Source of the DNA: a virus
Strand: one strand, 5' to 3'
IMG/VR virus record: IMGVR_UViG_3300028920_000052
Span: 1 to 64,000 of that record
DNA: 64,000 nucleotides
This document shows, piece after piece, positions 51,056 through 61,784 of this stretch (position 1 is the stretch's first letter; each line of letters begins with the position of its first letter). Position numbers and translations under genes: made by a program. The notes under the pieces were generated by a model that was given only the letters and a program-made list of their open reading frames with translations, did no database searches and was not told the DNA's origin.

Positions 51056-51118
51056 AGGCCCTAAGTAAATTATTTTTTGCTTAGGGCTTGTTTTTTATTA
51101 AAACATTTTATATATTTG
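51056..51118 (+). terminator. Terminator overlapping the next promoter
   Basis: GCCCTAAG...CTTAGGGC hairpin with T tract; CTTG(51087)-N20-TATATTTG(51111). Confidence 0.7.
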
Positions 51119-51141
51119 ACAAGAATTTAAAAGCAAAGACA

Positions 51142-51501
51142 ATGGAACTGACAGCAAATGTAACAAAAGAGCAAAAGTTTATGTGGATTGTGGAGGTATT
51201 AGGTAGTGTAACTACCCCTTTTAACCTTCTTAGATTAAAAGAAAGACAGGTGTTAGCACAGTTATATTATCATAATACACTACACAATGATGTACCAAAA
51301 GAATATAGAGATAAAATTACTTTTGATAAAGAAACTAAGCAATTGATATGTGACAGACTTAATATTACTATGGAAAATTTGTATAATATCATGGTAGTAC
51401 TTCGTAAAAAGAAACTCTTACAAAAAGAACCTGTAGGGTTTAATCCTAAATTTATTATTGAAGATACAAACAATTTAACATTAAATTTTAATGAAGGTTG
51501 A
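51142..51501 (+). CDS. Winged-helix DNA-binding protein (putative regulator)
   Basis: ICDRLNITMENLYNIMVVLRKKKLL...FNPKF. Confidence 0.55.
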   Translation: MELTANVTKEQKFMWIVEVLGSVTTPFNLLRLKERQVLAQLYYHNTLHNDVPKEYRDKITFDKETKQLICDRLNITMENLYNIMVVLRKKKLLQKEPVGFNPKFIIEDTNNLTLNFNEG

Positions 51502-51668
51502 TAAAAGTTTAACTGGGTTATTTATTGATTTAGTAATGACTCATTATGGCTTTATAGAGCATTTTAAAGATAACAACAAGTATATATATAAAGGTAACAG
51601 CATTCTTTACAAGAAGAATGAAGATATATACTCACTTAATTACACACTAACTAATACAACAGAAGATA

Positions 51669-52991
51669 ATGAATACAGAGAAAATTACAGAACTGATACA
51701 GTTTTTAACCAAGAACCCAGGTTACTTAAAACGTGGTAAAGAGAATTTAGCAGCATTATTAGACAGTACTACAGACGAGGTACAAGAAGCAAAAGATATA
51801 GTTAATGGTAAAAAATTAGATTGGGCTACTAATGAAAAAATTGGAATAGGTTGTCCTCCGCCACCTTATAATATATCAATAGGAAGCACGGGTATTGGAG
51901 TAGAATGCCCTGAGGGTATACTAGACTTATCATCAAAACTACATAACGATTTAAACAATAAAAATGAATCAGAGATAAAAGAATTCTCTCAGCATTTAGA
52001 AAAATTAGGATTAAAAGAAGAAGATGTTAAATCTGTTAAATTCTGGCAAACTCAGGGTGGAGATATAAGATACAGTATAGTAACAAAAAATGATGGGTTA
52101 GAATTACCTTCCTTAGAAGATGTAACCAAAGAGTTAGTTACTAAAATAGAACCTACTCAACTTCCTAAAGTTAAAGAAACAACTGGTGATATCTTGGTTG
52201 TATTCCTCTCAGATAAACATATAGGAGCATTAACAAAACCAGAAGCAATGTATGATAATCCTTACAATGAAGAAGAACTACAAAATAGATTAATTAAAGT
52301 AGTATCTGAAATTGCTAATACTTATACAAATAGAAGTGAATTTGCTTTTGAAGAAATAGTATTAATAGACTTAGGAGATGCATTAGATGGGTATAATGCA
52401 CAAACAACCAGGGGAGGACATACATTACCACAAAATATGACAAATAAAGAAGCCTTTGAAGTATTTATCAGACTTCACAAGGCTTTTTATAATGCATTAT
52501 TTCTAAGTGGATTTGCTAAGTCTTATTCAGTATATCATGTGTCAAATAGTAATCATGGTGGAGAATTTGAACATTTTGCCACAAGGTGTCTACAAGAATA
52601 TTTAACCTGTTCATATCCAGAAGTAAAATTTGAACTTTTAGATAAATTTATCACTCCAATAAGTATTAGTAATCATACGTATCTTCTATCACATGGTAAG
52701 GATACAGAAGATATGAAGCAGGGATTACCTTTGTGTTTAGATGCTAAAACTGAAAATTACATTAAAGATTATGTGCTAGAGAAAGGAATTTCTACTAAAA
52801 ATCTTCATTTTGTAAAAGGAGATTTGCATCAAGCTGGTACACAATGGGGCAAGCATTTTAGATATAGAAATGTACCTAGTATGTATGGCAGTTCTAAATG
52901 GATTATGACTAATTTTGGATTAACTAAACCAGGATGTAGTTTTGACTTGATAGAAGGAAATAGTATTAAGCAGTGGGAATTGTGGTTTTAA
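51669..52991 (+). CDS. Metallophosphoesterase / nuclease
   Basis: SDKHIG, LGDALDG, SNH, HGKD and GDLH motifs. Confidence 0.8.
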   Translation: MNTEKITELIQFLTKNPGYLKRGKENLAALLDSTTDEVQEAKDIVNGKKLDWATNEKIGIGCPPPPYNISIGSTGIGVECPEGILDLSSKLHNDLNNKNESEIKEFSQHLEKLGLKEEDVKSVKFWQTQGGDIRYSIVTKNDGLELPSLEDVTKELVTKIEPTQLPKVKETTGDILVVFLSDKHIGALTKPEAMYDNPYNEEELQNRLIKVVSEIANTYTNRSEFAFEEIVLIDLGDALDGYNAQTTRGGHTLPQNMTNKEAFEVFIRLHKAFYNALFLSGFAKSYSVYHVSNSNHGGEFEHFATRCLQEYLTCSYPEVKFELLDKFITPISISNHTYLLSHGKDTEDMKQGLPLCLDAKTENYIKDYVLEKGISTKNLHFVKGDLHQAGTQWGKHFRYRNVPSMYGSSKWIMTNFGLTKPGCSFDLIEGNSIKQWELWF

Positions 52992-53003
52992 AAACAAAGG
53001 ATT

Positions 53004-53416
53004 ATGAAAGAGATATACTGCATATCATGTGAAATAAAAGGTAAAAAGAAAAGGAGGAAAGGAGTGATACCTGTAAAAGATCCTACCACAGGAGAAATTA
53101 ACTATATGTGTGAAGAATGTTTTGATGAATGGCAACAGTTAAAATTAATAGCAGAATACAATGGAAATACTTACACAGAGGATTAACACTATCAGTATAA
53201 ATCTTATTCAAGATATTGATGATGATATAGATGATATCACTCCATTTGCAAGTTCTTTGCCTAAACTTAAAAAAAATTATTAATGAGGCAGGATATAAAA
53301 ATAAGTTTACTAAAACAGAGAGAGAATTTTGGAATGAAATATTTGATACATTTATAACTGAAGATGCTCCTGAAGGAACAGTTTATATTCCAGGAGATAA
53401 AGTTTCTGTAGAATAA
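53004..53416 (+). other. Two small ORFs (53004-53186 with Cys motifs; about 53231-53416)
   Basis: CISC...CEEC in the first ORF. Confidence 0.5.
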
Positions 53417-53691
53417 TGAAACATTTACAGACAAGAGGAGTAATAAGAGAGTTGGCTCTAAAACATGGTATAAGTATTAAACAGTTGGAGAATATAGTTG
53501 GAATATTCTCAGAATTTATACAGCTTAAGATAAAAGAAGATGTAGACAAAGTTAATGGTAAGTATCCAGTCTTTTATGTTAAAGGACTTGGTACTTTCCA
53601 TGTTAAAGATTCAGTAAAAGAAGCAGTAATGAGAGCATATAAAAGAAAACAAGAACAACAAGATGAATCTATTCCAATTCAACAAGAGTAG
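53416..53691 (+). CDS. IHF/HU-like DNA-binding protein
   Basis: Helical N-terminus and VKGLGTF motif; located upstream of the terminase. Confidence 0.7.
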   Translation: MKHLQTRGVIRELALKHGISIKQLENIVGIFSEFIQLKIKEDVDKVNGKYPVFYVKGLGTFHVKDSVKEAVMRAYKRKQEQQDESIPIQQE

Positions 53692-54232
53692 TTTTGAGGT
53701 AGAAATATCTCCAGAAGTATTAACTATTGACAAGTTTAAAACTATTGTTAATAGGGATAAAAATAAAAATAAAAGTAAAGCCATAAAGGAGTTATCTTTA
53801 ATATATCTATATGTAGATGTTAGATCTGACTATATGTATATAACAGATGAAGAACAGAGGCTAGAAGAGATTAAACATGACTTAGATTTACCTAAAGATT
53901 GGAAGATAGATAAAACATTAGAAGAAGCTATAAATTTATACAAAGAGAGGTCAATTACTGTAAATTCTGCTTTATACAAAGGAGCATTAGTAGCAGCAAA
54001 TGCTGTTAATGAAGTTTGTATGAAGGCTAAGGAACATATTAAAAATGCAGAAGACCCTATTACAGCAGCCCAGAAAATAACAGGTATTTTAGAAAAGATA
54101 CCTAAAGCAATGGCTAACTTATCTGCAGCATATCAAGAATTAATTAAAGAACAGAGAATAACAGAAGGTAGAAGTAAGGGAAGTAGAGTATTCAACATGT
54201 ACGAGGACGGACTAGATGATAAAGATGAATAA
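53663..54232 (+). CDS. crAss-like protein upstream of TerL (possible small terminase)
   Basis: 189 aa; position immediately before TerL. Confidence 0.5.
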   Translation: MNLFQFNKSSFEVEISPEVLTIDKFKTIVNRDKNKNKSKAIKELSLIYLYVDVRSDYMYITDEEQRLEEIKHDLDLPKDWKIDKTLEEAINLYKERSITVNSALYKGALVAANAVNEVCMKAKEHIKNAEDPITAAQKITGILEKIPKAMANLSAAYQELIKEQRITEGRSKGSRVFNMYEDGLDDKDE

Positions 54233-56525
54233 ATATCAAACAGTATTTACAGAAGAAGATTTTAAAAATTTGCCTAGAGAGATACGTAGTGAATACTATG
54301 AAGCTCTTTCTACCATAAAATTTGTTAAATGGTTAATAGAACCAGAAGAGGTTAGAGGATTTGCTAAGAATAGAAAAAGGTGGGATAACCCTAATGATTT
54401 AGAATATAGAAAAGAAGATCCCAATGGTAGAATTTGGGTGGATTTATCAAAGCCTCATATTTTAGAAGACTTAGATTTTTTTAGAGAAAGGGCTTTATTT
54501 TTTAACAAATATAAAAAATACACAGGTATTCCTCCTAATCCAAATCCTAAATCTGCATATGCTGCATTTTGGAGAGAGGAACTAAGAAGATGGAGGTATG
54601 GACTTGTTAGACCCTCTGATGGAGAATGGATACCTGGAGGATTATACTTTTATTGGAACTATTCTCCTATATGGTTAACAAAGAGTGATGACAAAGCAAA
54701 AAGAAAAGGTAAGAGCAGGGGAACAAGAATAAGAGCTTTTCCTCATCCTTGGTTAGGAGATTATTTATTCTATCATTATAAAGAACAAGCTAGAGATAAT
54801 GGACAGCATGGAAAAGTACTTAAAGCTAGAGGTATGGGTATTAGTTTTAAGATGGGTTCAGAATCTCCACGTAATATGTATGTTTATCCAGGATCAGGTA
54901 ATCCAAACTTCCATTTAGCTTCTGATAAGACTTTTCTTACAGGGGATAAAGGTGTATTTGGTAAAGCTATAGATACTTTAGACTGGGTAGCTGAGCATAC
55001 GCCATTGCCTAAATTAAGATTAACTGACAGTAAGCAGAAGATGGAAATACAGTTAGGATATTTAGATGAATACGGTGGTAGGAAAGGGCTGCTTTCAAGT
55101 GTATATGGTATATCTTTAAAAGATAATCCAGATAAAGCTAGAGGTATTAGGGGACCTTTAATACATTATGAAGAAGATGGATTATTTCCTCATCTTGAAG
55201 ATGCCTGGAATATAAATAGGAAAGCTGTTGAAGATGGAGATACTGTATATGGCATTATGCTTGCTTTAGGCACTGGAGGAGTTGAAGGTAGTGATTTTGC
55301 TGGTTCTGAAAAGTTATTTTATAATCCAAGTGTATATAATATATATGGTATTCCAAATGTATTTGATAAAAATGCTAATGGAGAATCCCTGTGTGGATTT
55401 TTTTGGGGTTCCTATCTAAATAGAAATGGTTGTTATGATTTAAATACAGGAGAACCAGATGTTACTAAAGCAATCTTTGATATTCTACAGGATAGATATC
55501 TTGTAAAAAAAGGTGCTGCAGATGCTAGAGCAATAACTCAGAAAAAAGCAGAAGAGCCTTTGACACCACAAGATAGCATAATGAGAGTAGAAGGTAGTAT
55601 ATTTCCCATATCAGATTTAAAAGATTGGTTGGCTGACATTACTCCTAACATACAACGATTTATATCTCCTCACTATGTAGGAACTCTTAATGTGAATTCT
55701 TCTGGAGAAGTTGATATAAATGTTTCTGAAAATTGTTATCCTATAAGGGAATATCCTGCTATAGACAATAAATTAGGAGCTGTAGAAATATTTGAACTTC
55801 CTAGTAAAGTTACTGATCCTTTTAGATATATTTTAGGTACGGATACGTATGATGATGATGATGTAAGTTATTCTGACTCATTAGGTAGTGTGTTTGTATT
55901 TGATAGATGGACTAGAAGAATAGTTGCTGAATATACAGGTAGACCACAAACAGCTAATGAATTTTATGAAATAGTGTATAGACTTGCCTTATTTTATAAT
56001 GGTACAATAATGTACGAGAATAATAAAAAAGGATTATATGCTTACTTTGCTAATGTTAAAAAGGCTTTACATTTATTAGCAGATACACCTAAAATTATTA
56101 CAGATAAACAAGTATTTAAAGCAAGAAGTGAGATGAGTAATACCTCTAAAGGTATTAATGCTACTACAGCTTTAAATGCTTATGGAAGAAGATTACAAGC
56201 AGACTGGCAAGTTGAAGAAGCTTATGATGAAAGTAATAAAAATGTTGCAATGGATGAGGAAGCTGAGAAGCCTCCTTTTATACCTAATCTTCGTAAAATA
56301 AGAAGTATTGGATATATAAAAGAATGCATAGCGTGGAATTCTGATATAAATACTGACAGAGTTTCTGCTATGAACATGGTAATGATATATGATATAGAAC
56401 TTACTGAATATGGTACTAATAAATCTAGAGAAAGAGTAAAAACTTTAGCTGATGATCCTTTCTTTAATAGGTTTGGTAAGAATGTTGAAAAGACTTCTTT
56501 AGCAATGAAAGGTTGGAATATTTAA
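54216..56525 (+). CDS. terL: Terminase large subunit
   Basis: LKARGMGISF Walker A, HYEEDG Walker B, GTGG; nuclease motifs GTDTYD, YENN and DRVSA. Confidence 0.92.
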   Translation: MIKMNKYQTVFTEEDFKNLPREIRSEYYEALSTIKFVKWLIEPEEVRGFAKNRKRWDNPNDLEYRKEDPNGRIWVDLSKPHILEDLDFFRERALFFNKYKKYTGIPPNPNPKSAYAAFWREELRRWRYGLVRPSDGEWIPGGLYFYWNYSPIWLTKSDDKAKRKGKSRGTRIRAFPHPWLGDYLFYHYKEQARDNGQHGKVLKARGMGISFKMGSESPRNMYVYPGSGNPNFHLASDKTFLTGDKGVFGKAIDTLDWVAEHTPLPKLRLTDSKQKMEIQLGYLDEYGGRKGLLSSVYGISLKDNPDKARGIRGPLIHYEEDGLFPHLEDAWNINRKAVEDGDTVYGIMLALGTGGVEGSDFAGSEKLFYNPSVYNIYGIPNVFDKNANGESLCGFFWGSYLNRNGCYDLNTGEPDVTKAIFDILQDRYLVKKGAADARAITQKKAEEPLTPQDSIMRVEGSIFPISDLKDWLADITPNIQRFISPHYVGTLNVNSSGEVDINVSENCYPIREYPAIDNKLGAVEIFELPSKVTDPFRYILGTDTYDDDDVSYSDSLGSVFVFDRWTRRIVAEYTGRPQTANEFYEIVYRLALFYNGTIMYENNKKGLYAYFANVKKALHLLADTPKIITDKQVFKARSEMSNTSKGINATTALNAYGRRLQADWQVEEAYDESNKNVAMDEEAEKPPFIPNLRKIRSIGYIKECIAWNSDINTDRVSAMNMVMIYDIELTEYGTNKSRERVKTLADDPFFNRFGKNVEKTSLAMKGWNI

Positions 56526-56579
56526 GTTATTATAAATGAAAAATAAAATTGGAGTGGTATATATATAAACTTAACTTTG
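56526..56579 (+). promoter_or_regulatory. Late promoter with upstream GTTATTATAA box
   Basis: GTTATTATAA, then ATTG-N20-TAACTTTG. Confidence 0.65.
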
Positions 56580-56598
56580 TAAATTAAAATACATATCT

Positions 56599-59121
56599 AT
56601 GAGTACATTTGGGATTAACCCTACATATTTTCCAGCACAAAAGAAACTTGAGTCAGAAAAAACAGAAAAATGGTTTAAAGAGTGTATTGATGTTGGAGTT
56701 GGAGTATGTCAATGGGGACAAAATAGTGTTAGAACAGCAAATGTAAGATCATCTAGAAAGAACAAAATTTCTAATTATAATCTTATAAATGATATAGTTG
56801 ATCCTACTGAAGTTGAAAGAGTAGTCAATCCTTATAAAATTCAAAATGAGGATTTTCCAAATAATTACAAAAACTACCCTTTAATAAATCCAGCAATAAA
56901 TTTACTATCTGGAGAGGAAAGAAAAAGAATATTTACTCCTATGGTGTCTGTAATCAATAGTGATGCTGTTACTAGTAAGTTACAGCAAATTGATGAAAAG
57001 TTTACAGACTTTGCAATGCAGAAAATTACTGCTAAAGGATTTGATGAAGAGAAAATAAAACAAGAAATAGCTGATTTTGAGAAGTGGAGGAAGTACACTT
57101 TTAAAGATAAGAAGGAGAGAATGGGTAATCAAGTACTTAAGTATTTGTATTATACTCAAGATCTAGCAGAGGAGTTTAGCAGAGGATTTGCAGATATGCT
57201 TATTGCTGCAGAAGAAATATATGTAATAGAGATTGTTGGTGGAGAACCTATAATGAGAAAAGGTAATCCTCTTAATTTCTATACTATGAGAAGTGGTAGT
57301 TCTTGGAAGATTGAAGATAGTGATGTTATTGTAGAAGATGTATTTATGCCTATAGGTAAGATAATTGATAGATACCACGACAGTCTTACTCCTAATCAAA
57401 TAAAATTTTTAGAGAATGGGCATCGTACACAAACTTCTTCTGGCTCAACTATGTTCTCTAATCAGATCACAACAGGTATAGATGTGAATTCTATTATACC
57501 AGATGTTGAGCTGGTAGAAGATTGGAATAATATAGTAGGACAGTATAATGGAGCATTTGATCCTGAAGGTAATGTTAGGGTAACTAGAGTACTTTGGAGA
57601 GGAATGCGTAAGATAGGCTTTATTACTAACTATGATGAATTTGGAGAAATGGTAAAAGATATAGTTCCAGAACAATACAAACCTAATAAAGAAATTGGAG
57701 AAGAAGTTAAATGGGAATGGATTAGTGAGTGGTATGAAGGTACTAGAATAGCTGGTGAAATAGATGTTAATACTCGTCCATGTGAAATTCAGATGAGGCA
57801 TAGAGATAATCCTTCAATTTGTAGTCCTGGTATTGTAGGTACTGTATTTAATGTAAACAGCAATGTTGGTAGAAGTTTAGTAGATGAGGCAAAAGATTTA
57901 CAATTCCTATTCAATTTATTCATGTATAGATTAGAATTAGCCTTTACTAAATATAAAGGTAAGATAGGTAAATTGCCTTTACACCTTATTCCAGATGGCT
58001 GGACTATTGATAAATGGCTATATTATGCAGAATACTTAGGGTGGGCTGTAGTTGATGCTTTTAATGAATCACAGAAAGCCGCATTTAGAGGTAAACCTGC
58101 AGGACTAATGAATGAGAGTTCTCCAGTAATAGATCTTGAAATGGGTAACTATATACAGAACCATTTGATAATGCTAGATTTTATTGAGAAAAGGTTAGAT
58201 AATCTTACAGGAATAACTCCTCAACGTAAAGGTGCTATAGATAATAGAGAGACTGTAGGCGGAGTAGAAAGATCTGTTATGCAATCTAGCCATATTACTG
58301 AGAAGTGGTTTAGTGTACATGATAATACTAGGAAACGTGCGTTAAGAGCATTACTTGAAGCAGCTAAAATAGCTTGGAAAGATAAATCTTTTGTTAAAGA
58401 ATTTGTATTAGATACAGGAACTAGAGAAATATTAGAGTTTGAATACAATGAGTTTATAGAAGCTACTTATGGTGTAGATGTTACTAACAGTTCTAATGAT
58501 ATGCAAACACTGCAAGCACTTAGATCTTTAGGTGAAAGGTTCTTACAGAATAATGGCTCATTATCTATTGTAGCTGAACTTTACAGAACTGGTAATGTTG
58601 GAGATATGCAACGTAAGATTGAAACTTATGAAGAAAACTTACAAAAAGCTGAGCAAGAAAGAATCCAACAAGAACAGCAGTTACAACAGCAACAGATACA
58701 GGCTGCTCAAGAAACTGAAGCTCAAAGAGTACAAATGCAGCATGACTTAGAGATTGAGAAGCTGGATAGAGAAGATATGAATAAACAACTTGATAGAGAA
58801 AATAAAATATATCTAGAAGAGATTAAGGCTATGTCATATGATCCAGAAAAAGATGTTGATAATGATGGTATTCCAGATGTTTTAGAACAGGGTAAATTAG
58901 CTTTAGAAAATACTAGAGTTTCTTTTGAACACGGTATTAAAGAAAAGGAGTTAACTTCTAAGCAAGATCTAGAAAGAAAGAAGATTGCTTTGGAAGAGAG
59001 AAAGTTAGAAGCAGCTAAAGAATTACAGAAACAAAAAGATAAAGCTGCTATGGAAAGAGAGCAATTAAAAGCTAAAACTGCTCTTAAAAATAAAGTTGCA
59101 GGAGAAAGTAAAAGAAAATAA
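56599..59121 (+). CDS. Portal protein
   Basis: 840 aa after TerL; NYPLINPAINLLSGEE and GITPQRKG...ETVGGVER; Q/E coiled-coil tail. Confidence 0.88.
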   Translation: MSTFGINPTYFPAQKKLESEKTEKWFKECIDVGVGVCQWGQNSVRTANVRSSRKNKISNYNLINDIVDPTEVERVVNPYKIQNEDFPNNYKNYPLINPAINLLSGEERKRIFTPMVSVINSDAVTSKLQQIDEKFTDFAMQKITAKGFDEEKIKQEIADFEKWRKYTFKDKKERMGNQVLKYLYYTQDLAEEFSRGFADMLIAAEEIYVIEIVGGEPIMRKGNPLNFYTMRSGSSWKIEDSDVIVEDVFMPIGKIIDRYHDSLTPNQIKFLENGHRTQTSSGSTMFSNQITTGIDVNSIIPDVELVEDWNNIVGQYNGAFDPEGNVRVTRVLWRGMRKIGFITNYDEFGEMVKDIVPEQYKPNKEIGEEVKWEWISEWYEGTRIAGEIDVNTRPCEIQMRHRDNPSICSPGIVGTVFNVNSNVGRSLVDEAKDLQFLFNLFMYRLELAFTKYKGKIGKLPLHLIPDGWTIDKWLYYAEYLGWAVVDAFNESQKAAFRGKPAGLMNESSPVIDLEMGNYIQNHLIMLDFIEKRLDNLTGITPQRKGAIDNRETVGGVERSVMQSSHITEKWFSVHDNTRKRALRALLEAAKIAWKDKSFVKEFVLDTGTREILEFEYNEFIEATYGVDVTNSSNDMQTLQALRSLGERFLQNNGSLSIVAELYRTGNVGDMQRKIETYEENLQKAEQERIQQEQQLQQQQIQAAQETEAQRVQMQHDLEIEKLDREDMNKQLDRENKIYLEEIKAMSYDPEKDVDNDGIPDVLEQGKLALENTRVSFEHGIKEKELTSKQDLERKKIALEERKLEAAKELQKQKDKAAMEREQLKAKTALKNKVAGESKRK

Positions 59122-59123
59122 TT

Positions 59124-59753
59124 ATGAGACCTTGGCTACAAATACCTACTAAAACTAGGATGGGATTGTTGAGGGAGTATAAGAAGATGGGGTATTCTTA
59201 TAATCAAGCTATTAATGATTTTGAAACTAGTTTACCTAAGTATGAAGAAGGAGGAGAAATAGAAAAACCTCAAACATCTGAAACTTTTTCTAATTTAGCA
59301 CAAAATTTAGGTACTTATTTTTTGAATACTCCTCATACTGGTAGAATAAAAGCAACTTATTCCCCAACAGTAAGTATAAATAAAAATGCTGAGTATTATA
59401 CCTATCCTAATTTAAAAAATGATGTTTTAAAAGATTTAAAAAGTGATATAACTGTAGAAAATATAAATACACAGCAAAATAATTTTAAAATGCAAAAAGA
59501 AGAATATGCTCCACAGTACATAAAAAATAAAACATTTGAAGAATATTATAATTATTTAAACAATTCTCCTAAAAGTGGAAGACTTCAAGGTAGTTCTATA
59601 AACTTAGGTAAATATAAAGTTTCTGCAGGAAAAGATGAAAAAGGTAGATATATTTCTATATACGATAAATATGATTGGAACTTACTTGAACAGTTAGGGG
59701 TTAAAGGTAATTCTTGGGAGATATATGATAGAATATATGAAAATGAATTTTAA
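59124..59753 (+). CDS. Hypothetical protein, possibly virion cargo
   Basis: Short helical N-terminal domain ending PKYEEGG, then an unknown domain. Confidence 0.6.
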   Translation: MRPWLQIPTKTRMGLLREYKKMGYSYNQAINDFETSLPKYEEGGEIEKPQTSETFSNLAQNLGTYFLNTPHTGRIKATYSPTVSINKNAEYYTYPNLKNDVLKDLKSDITVENINTQQNNFKMQKEEYAPQYIKNKTFEEYYNYLNNSPKSGRLQGSSINLGKYKVSAGKDEKGRYISIYDKYDWNLLEQLGVKGNSWEIYDRIYENEF

Positions 59754-59760
59754 ATAGCCT

Positions 59761-59955
59761 ATGTGGATATCTTTACAAAATGGGCCTGTTAATTTTGATT
59801 TGATATTGAGATATTATATAGAAGGTAAAGTACTTACCTTAGTGACAATAAATAAAGACTATGTTCCTTTCTTTTATGCATCTGAAGAGAAAGTAAAAAG
59901 AGTTAAAACATTTTTAGACAAAACTTTAAATTATATAAATGATGAAGAGAATTAG
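59761..59955 (+). CDS. Hypothetical protein
   Basis: 64 aa ORF. Confidence 0.55.
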   Translation: MWISLQNGPVNFDLILRYYIEGKVLTLVTINKDYVPFFYASEEKVKRVKTFLDKTLNYINDEEN

Positions 59956-60436
59956 TGATAAGATACACATGGCTTTGAAGGCTCAGTTAAAAAATGAGTT
60001 GGATAGTTCAAGGTTATATCTTGCTATGAGTCAATGGTTAGAATTTAATGGCTGGTTTGGAGCAGCTAAACTGTGGAAAAAATATGCTGATGAAGAATTA
60101 GTACATGTAGATAGGTTTTACAAGTACATGCAAGATAGAAATGCTATGCCTTGTACACCTGTTGCAAAAGAACAGCCTACAGAATTCAAAGGAATAAAAG
60201 AAATTGTTATTGCTAGTTATGAACATGAAGTACAAGTGAGTAATTGGATTAGAGATATAGCATTAGCAGCTTTAAATGAAAAAGATTTACATACCTATGA
60301 CTTTATGATGGAGTTAATTAGAGAACAGACAGAAGAAGAAGCTAAAACTTTATATTGGGTAGATAGAGTAGAAATGTTAGAACAGCAAAATGTATCCTTA
60401 TTTTTCTTAGATAAGGAATTTAGTAAAGGGGCTTAA
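59939..60436 (+). CDS. ftnA: Non-haem ferritin
   Basis: Ferroxidase residues in NE..S..LYLAM, DEELVH, HEVQV and EQTEEE. Confidence 0.88.
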   Translation: MMKRISDKIHMALKAQLKNELDSSRLYLAMSQWLEFNGWFGAAKLWKKYADEELVHVDRFYKYMQDRNAMPCTPVAKEQPTEFKGIKEIVIASYEHEVQVSNWIRDIALAALNEKDLHTYDFMMELIREQTEEEAKTLYWVDRVEMLEQQNVSLFFLDKEFSKGA

Positions 60437-60447
60437 CTAATCTTTAT

Positions 60448-60502
60448 GTTATTATAACAAAAATAAAAATTTGGTTAAGTCAATATAATCAAAGTATATT
60501 TG
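60448..60502 (+). promoter_or_regulatory. Late promoter with upstream GTTATTATAA box
   Basis: GTTATTATAA, then TTTG-N21-TATATTTG. Confidence 0.65.
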
Positions 60503-60529
60503 TATAACCTGAATTTAAAAGACAATTTT

Positions 60530-61744
60530 ATGAGCAAAACAAATGATGAAAGTAAAGGACTGTTAGGAGAAGTTGATTTTGGGGATCTTATTGAGCCTCA
60601 TTCATCTATAGCAGCCGATGAAGAATTTCCTAGTATGGGAAATGATTTTTTTGAACAACCAGCATTTCAAGATATAGATGCTGGTACTGATGCAGATAGT
60701 TCTTTGACAGATGATATTGAGTTAGATCTGGATAAAGAGGATAAGAAGAAAGTTGAGAAGAAAGTTGAGACTACCAAGGAAAACTTGGAAGATGATACTG
60801 AAACAGAAAAAACACCTCCTTCTCACGATGATGCTGAGTCCAACTCTCAGCTTGCTCTTGTCTTTGCCAGGTTTCTAAGTGAGAAGGGGGTTATTTCTGA
60901 TGTTAATGAAGATGAGTTCAAAGAGTACGTAAAAGAAAATGGAGATGATGCTGGTCTTGAATATCTATATAATACAGAGGTTGAGACTAGAGTTGAATCT
61001 ATTAAAAGTATGTATGAACAAGATGTTAAAGACTATATAGAGTTTAGAGATGCTGGTATTTCACCAGAAACTGCAAAAACTCTAAGTTTCTCTAAAAGTA
61101 AATTTGAAAGTATTACTGAAGATGATTTAGAAGAAAATGAAGATTTAAGAAAAGAAGTATTGGAACAACATTTAAAAAATACTACTAAATTTACTAAAGA
61201 AGAGATTGAAGATACAATAGATTCTATGGTTGCTACAGGTAAAGATGCTACTAAAGCTAAAACAGCTTTAAAAGCAATTAATCTTTATAATAAGGAACAG
61301 GTAGAATTAGAGAAGAAAAAGATTAAAGAATCTGAAGAAATACAGTTAAAACAACAAGAAGATAATATTAATAAGTTTAAGGCTGCTATCTATGAAAAGA
61401 AAGAGATACTTGGTCAAACTGTTAATAAGCAAACTCTTCAGAAGATAGAGAAATTTTTACTAAACCCTGCAGAAAAAGATCCTAATGGTAATCCTGTAGA
61501 TGGTATTACAGCATGGTTTATGAAAGATCCTGTTAATGCTAGAATTAAATTAGCATATGGTATTATGACAGGACTACTTGATGGTAAGATTGATAATTTG
61601 AAAACTAAGGCTAAATCAGCAACTATCAAGGATATTGAAGCTGCTCTTAATGGTAAGGGTGGTATGTTAGATGGACAGTCAGATAGAGGTGGTGAGAAGG
61701 GAGAAGGTTTATCAGCTCTCAAATCAGCATTTAGACTAGATTAA
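60530..61744 (+). CDS. Acidic scaffold-like structural protein upstream of MCP
   Basis: Very acidic N-terminus, coiled coil, position directly before the capsid gene. Confidence 0.7.
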   Translation: MSKTNDESKGLLGEVDFGDLIEPHSSIAADEEFPSMGNDFFEQPAFQDIDAGTDADSSLTDDIELDLDKEDKKKVEKKVETTKENLEDDTETEKTPPSHDDAESNSQLALVFARFLSEKGVISDVNEDEFKEYVKENGDDAGLEYLYNTEVETRVESIKSMYEQDVKDYIEFRDAGISPETAKTLSFSKSKFESITEDDLEENEDLRKEVLEQHLKNTTKFTKEEIEDTIDSMVATGKDATKAKTALKAINLYNKEQVELEKKKIKESEEIQLKQQEDNINKFKAAIYEKKEILGQTVNKQTLQKIEKFLLNPAEKDPNGNPVDGITAWFMKDPVNARIKLAYGIMTGLLDGKIDNLKTKAKSATIKDIEAALNGKGGMLDGQSDRGGEKGEGLSALKSAFRLD

Positions 61745-61784
61745 TAATAGAAACTATTTACTAACAATTTTTAAAAAATAAAAA

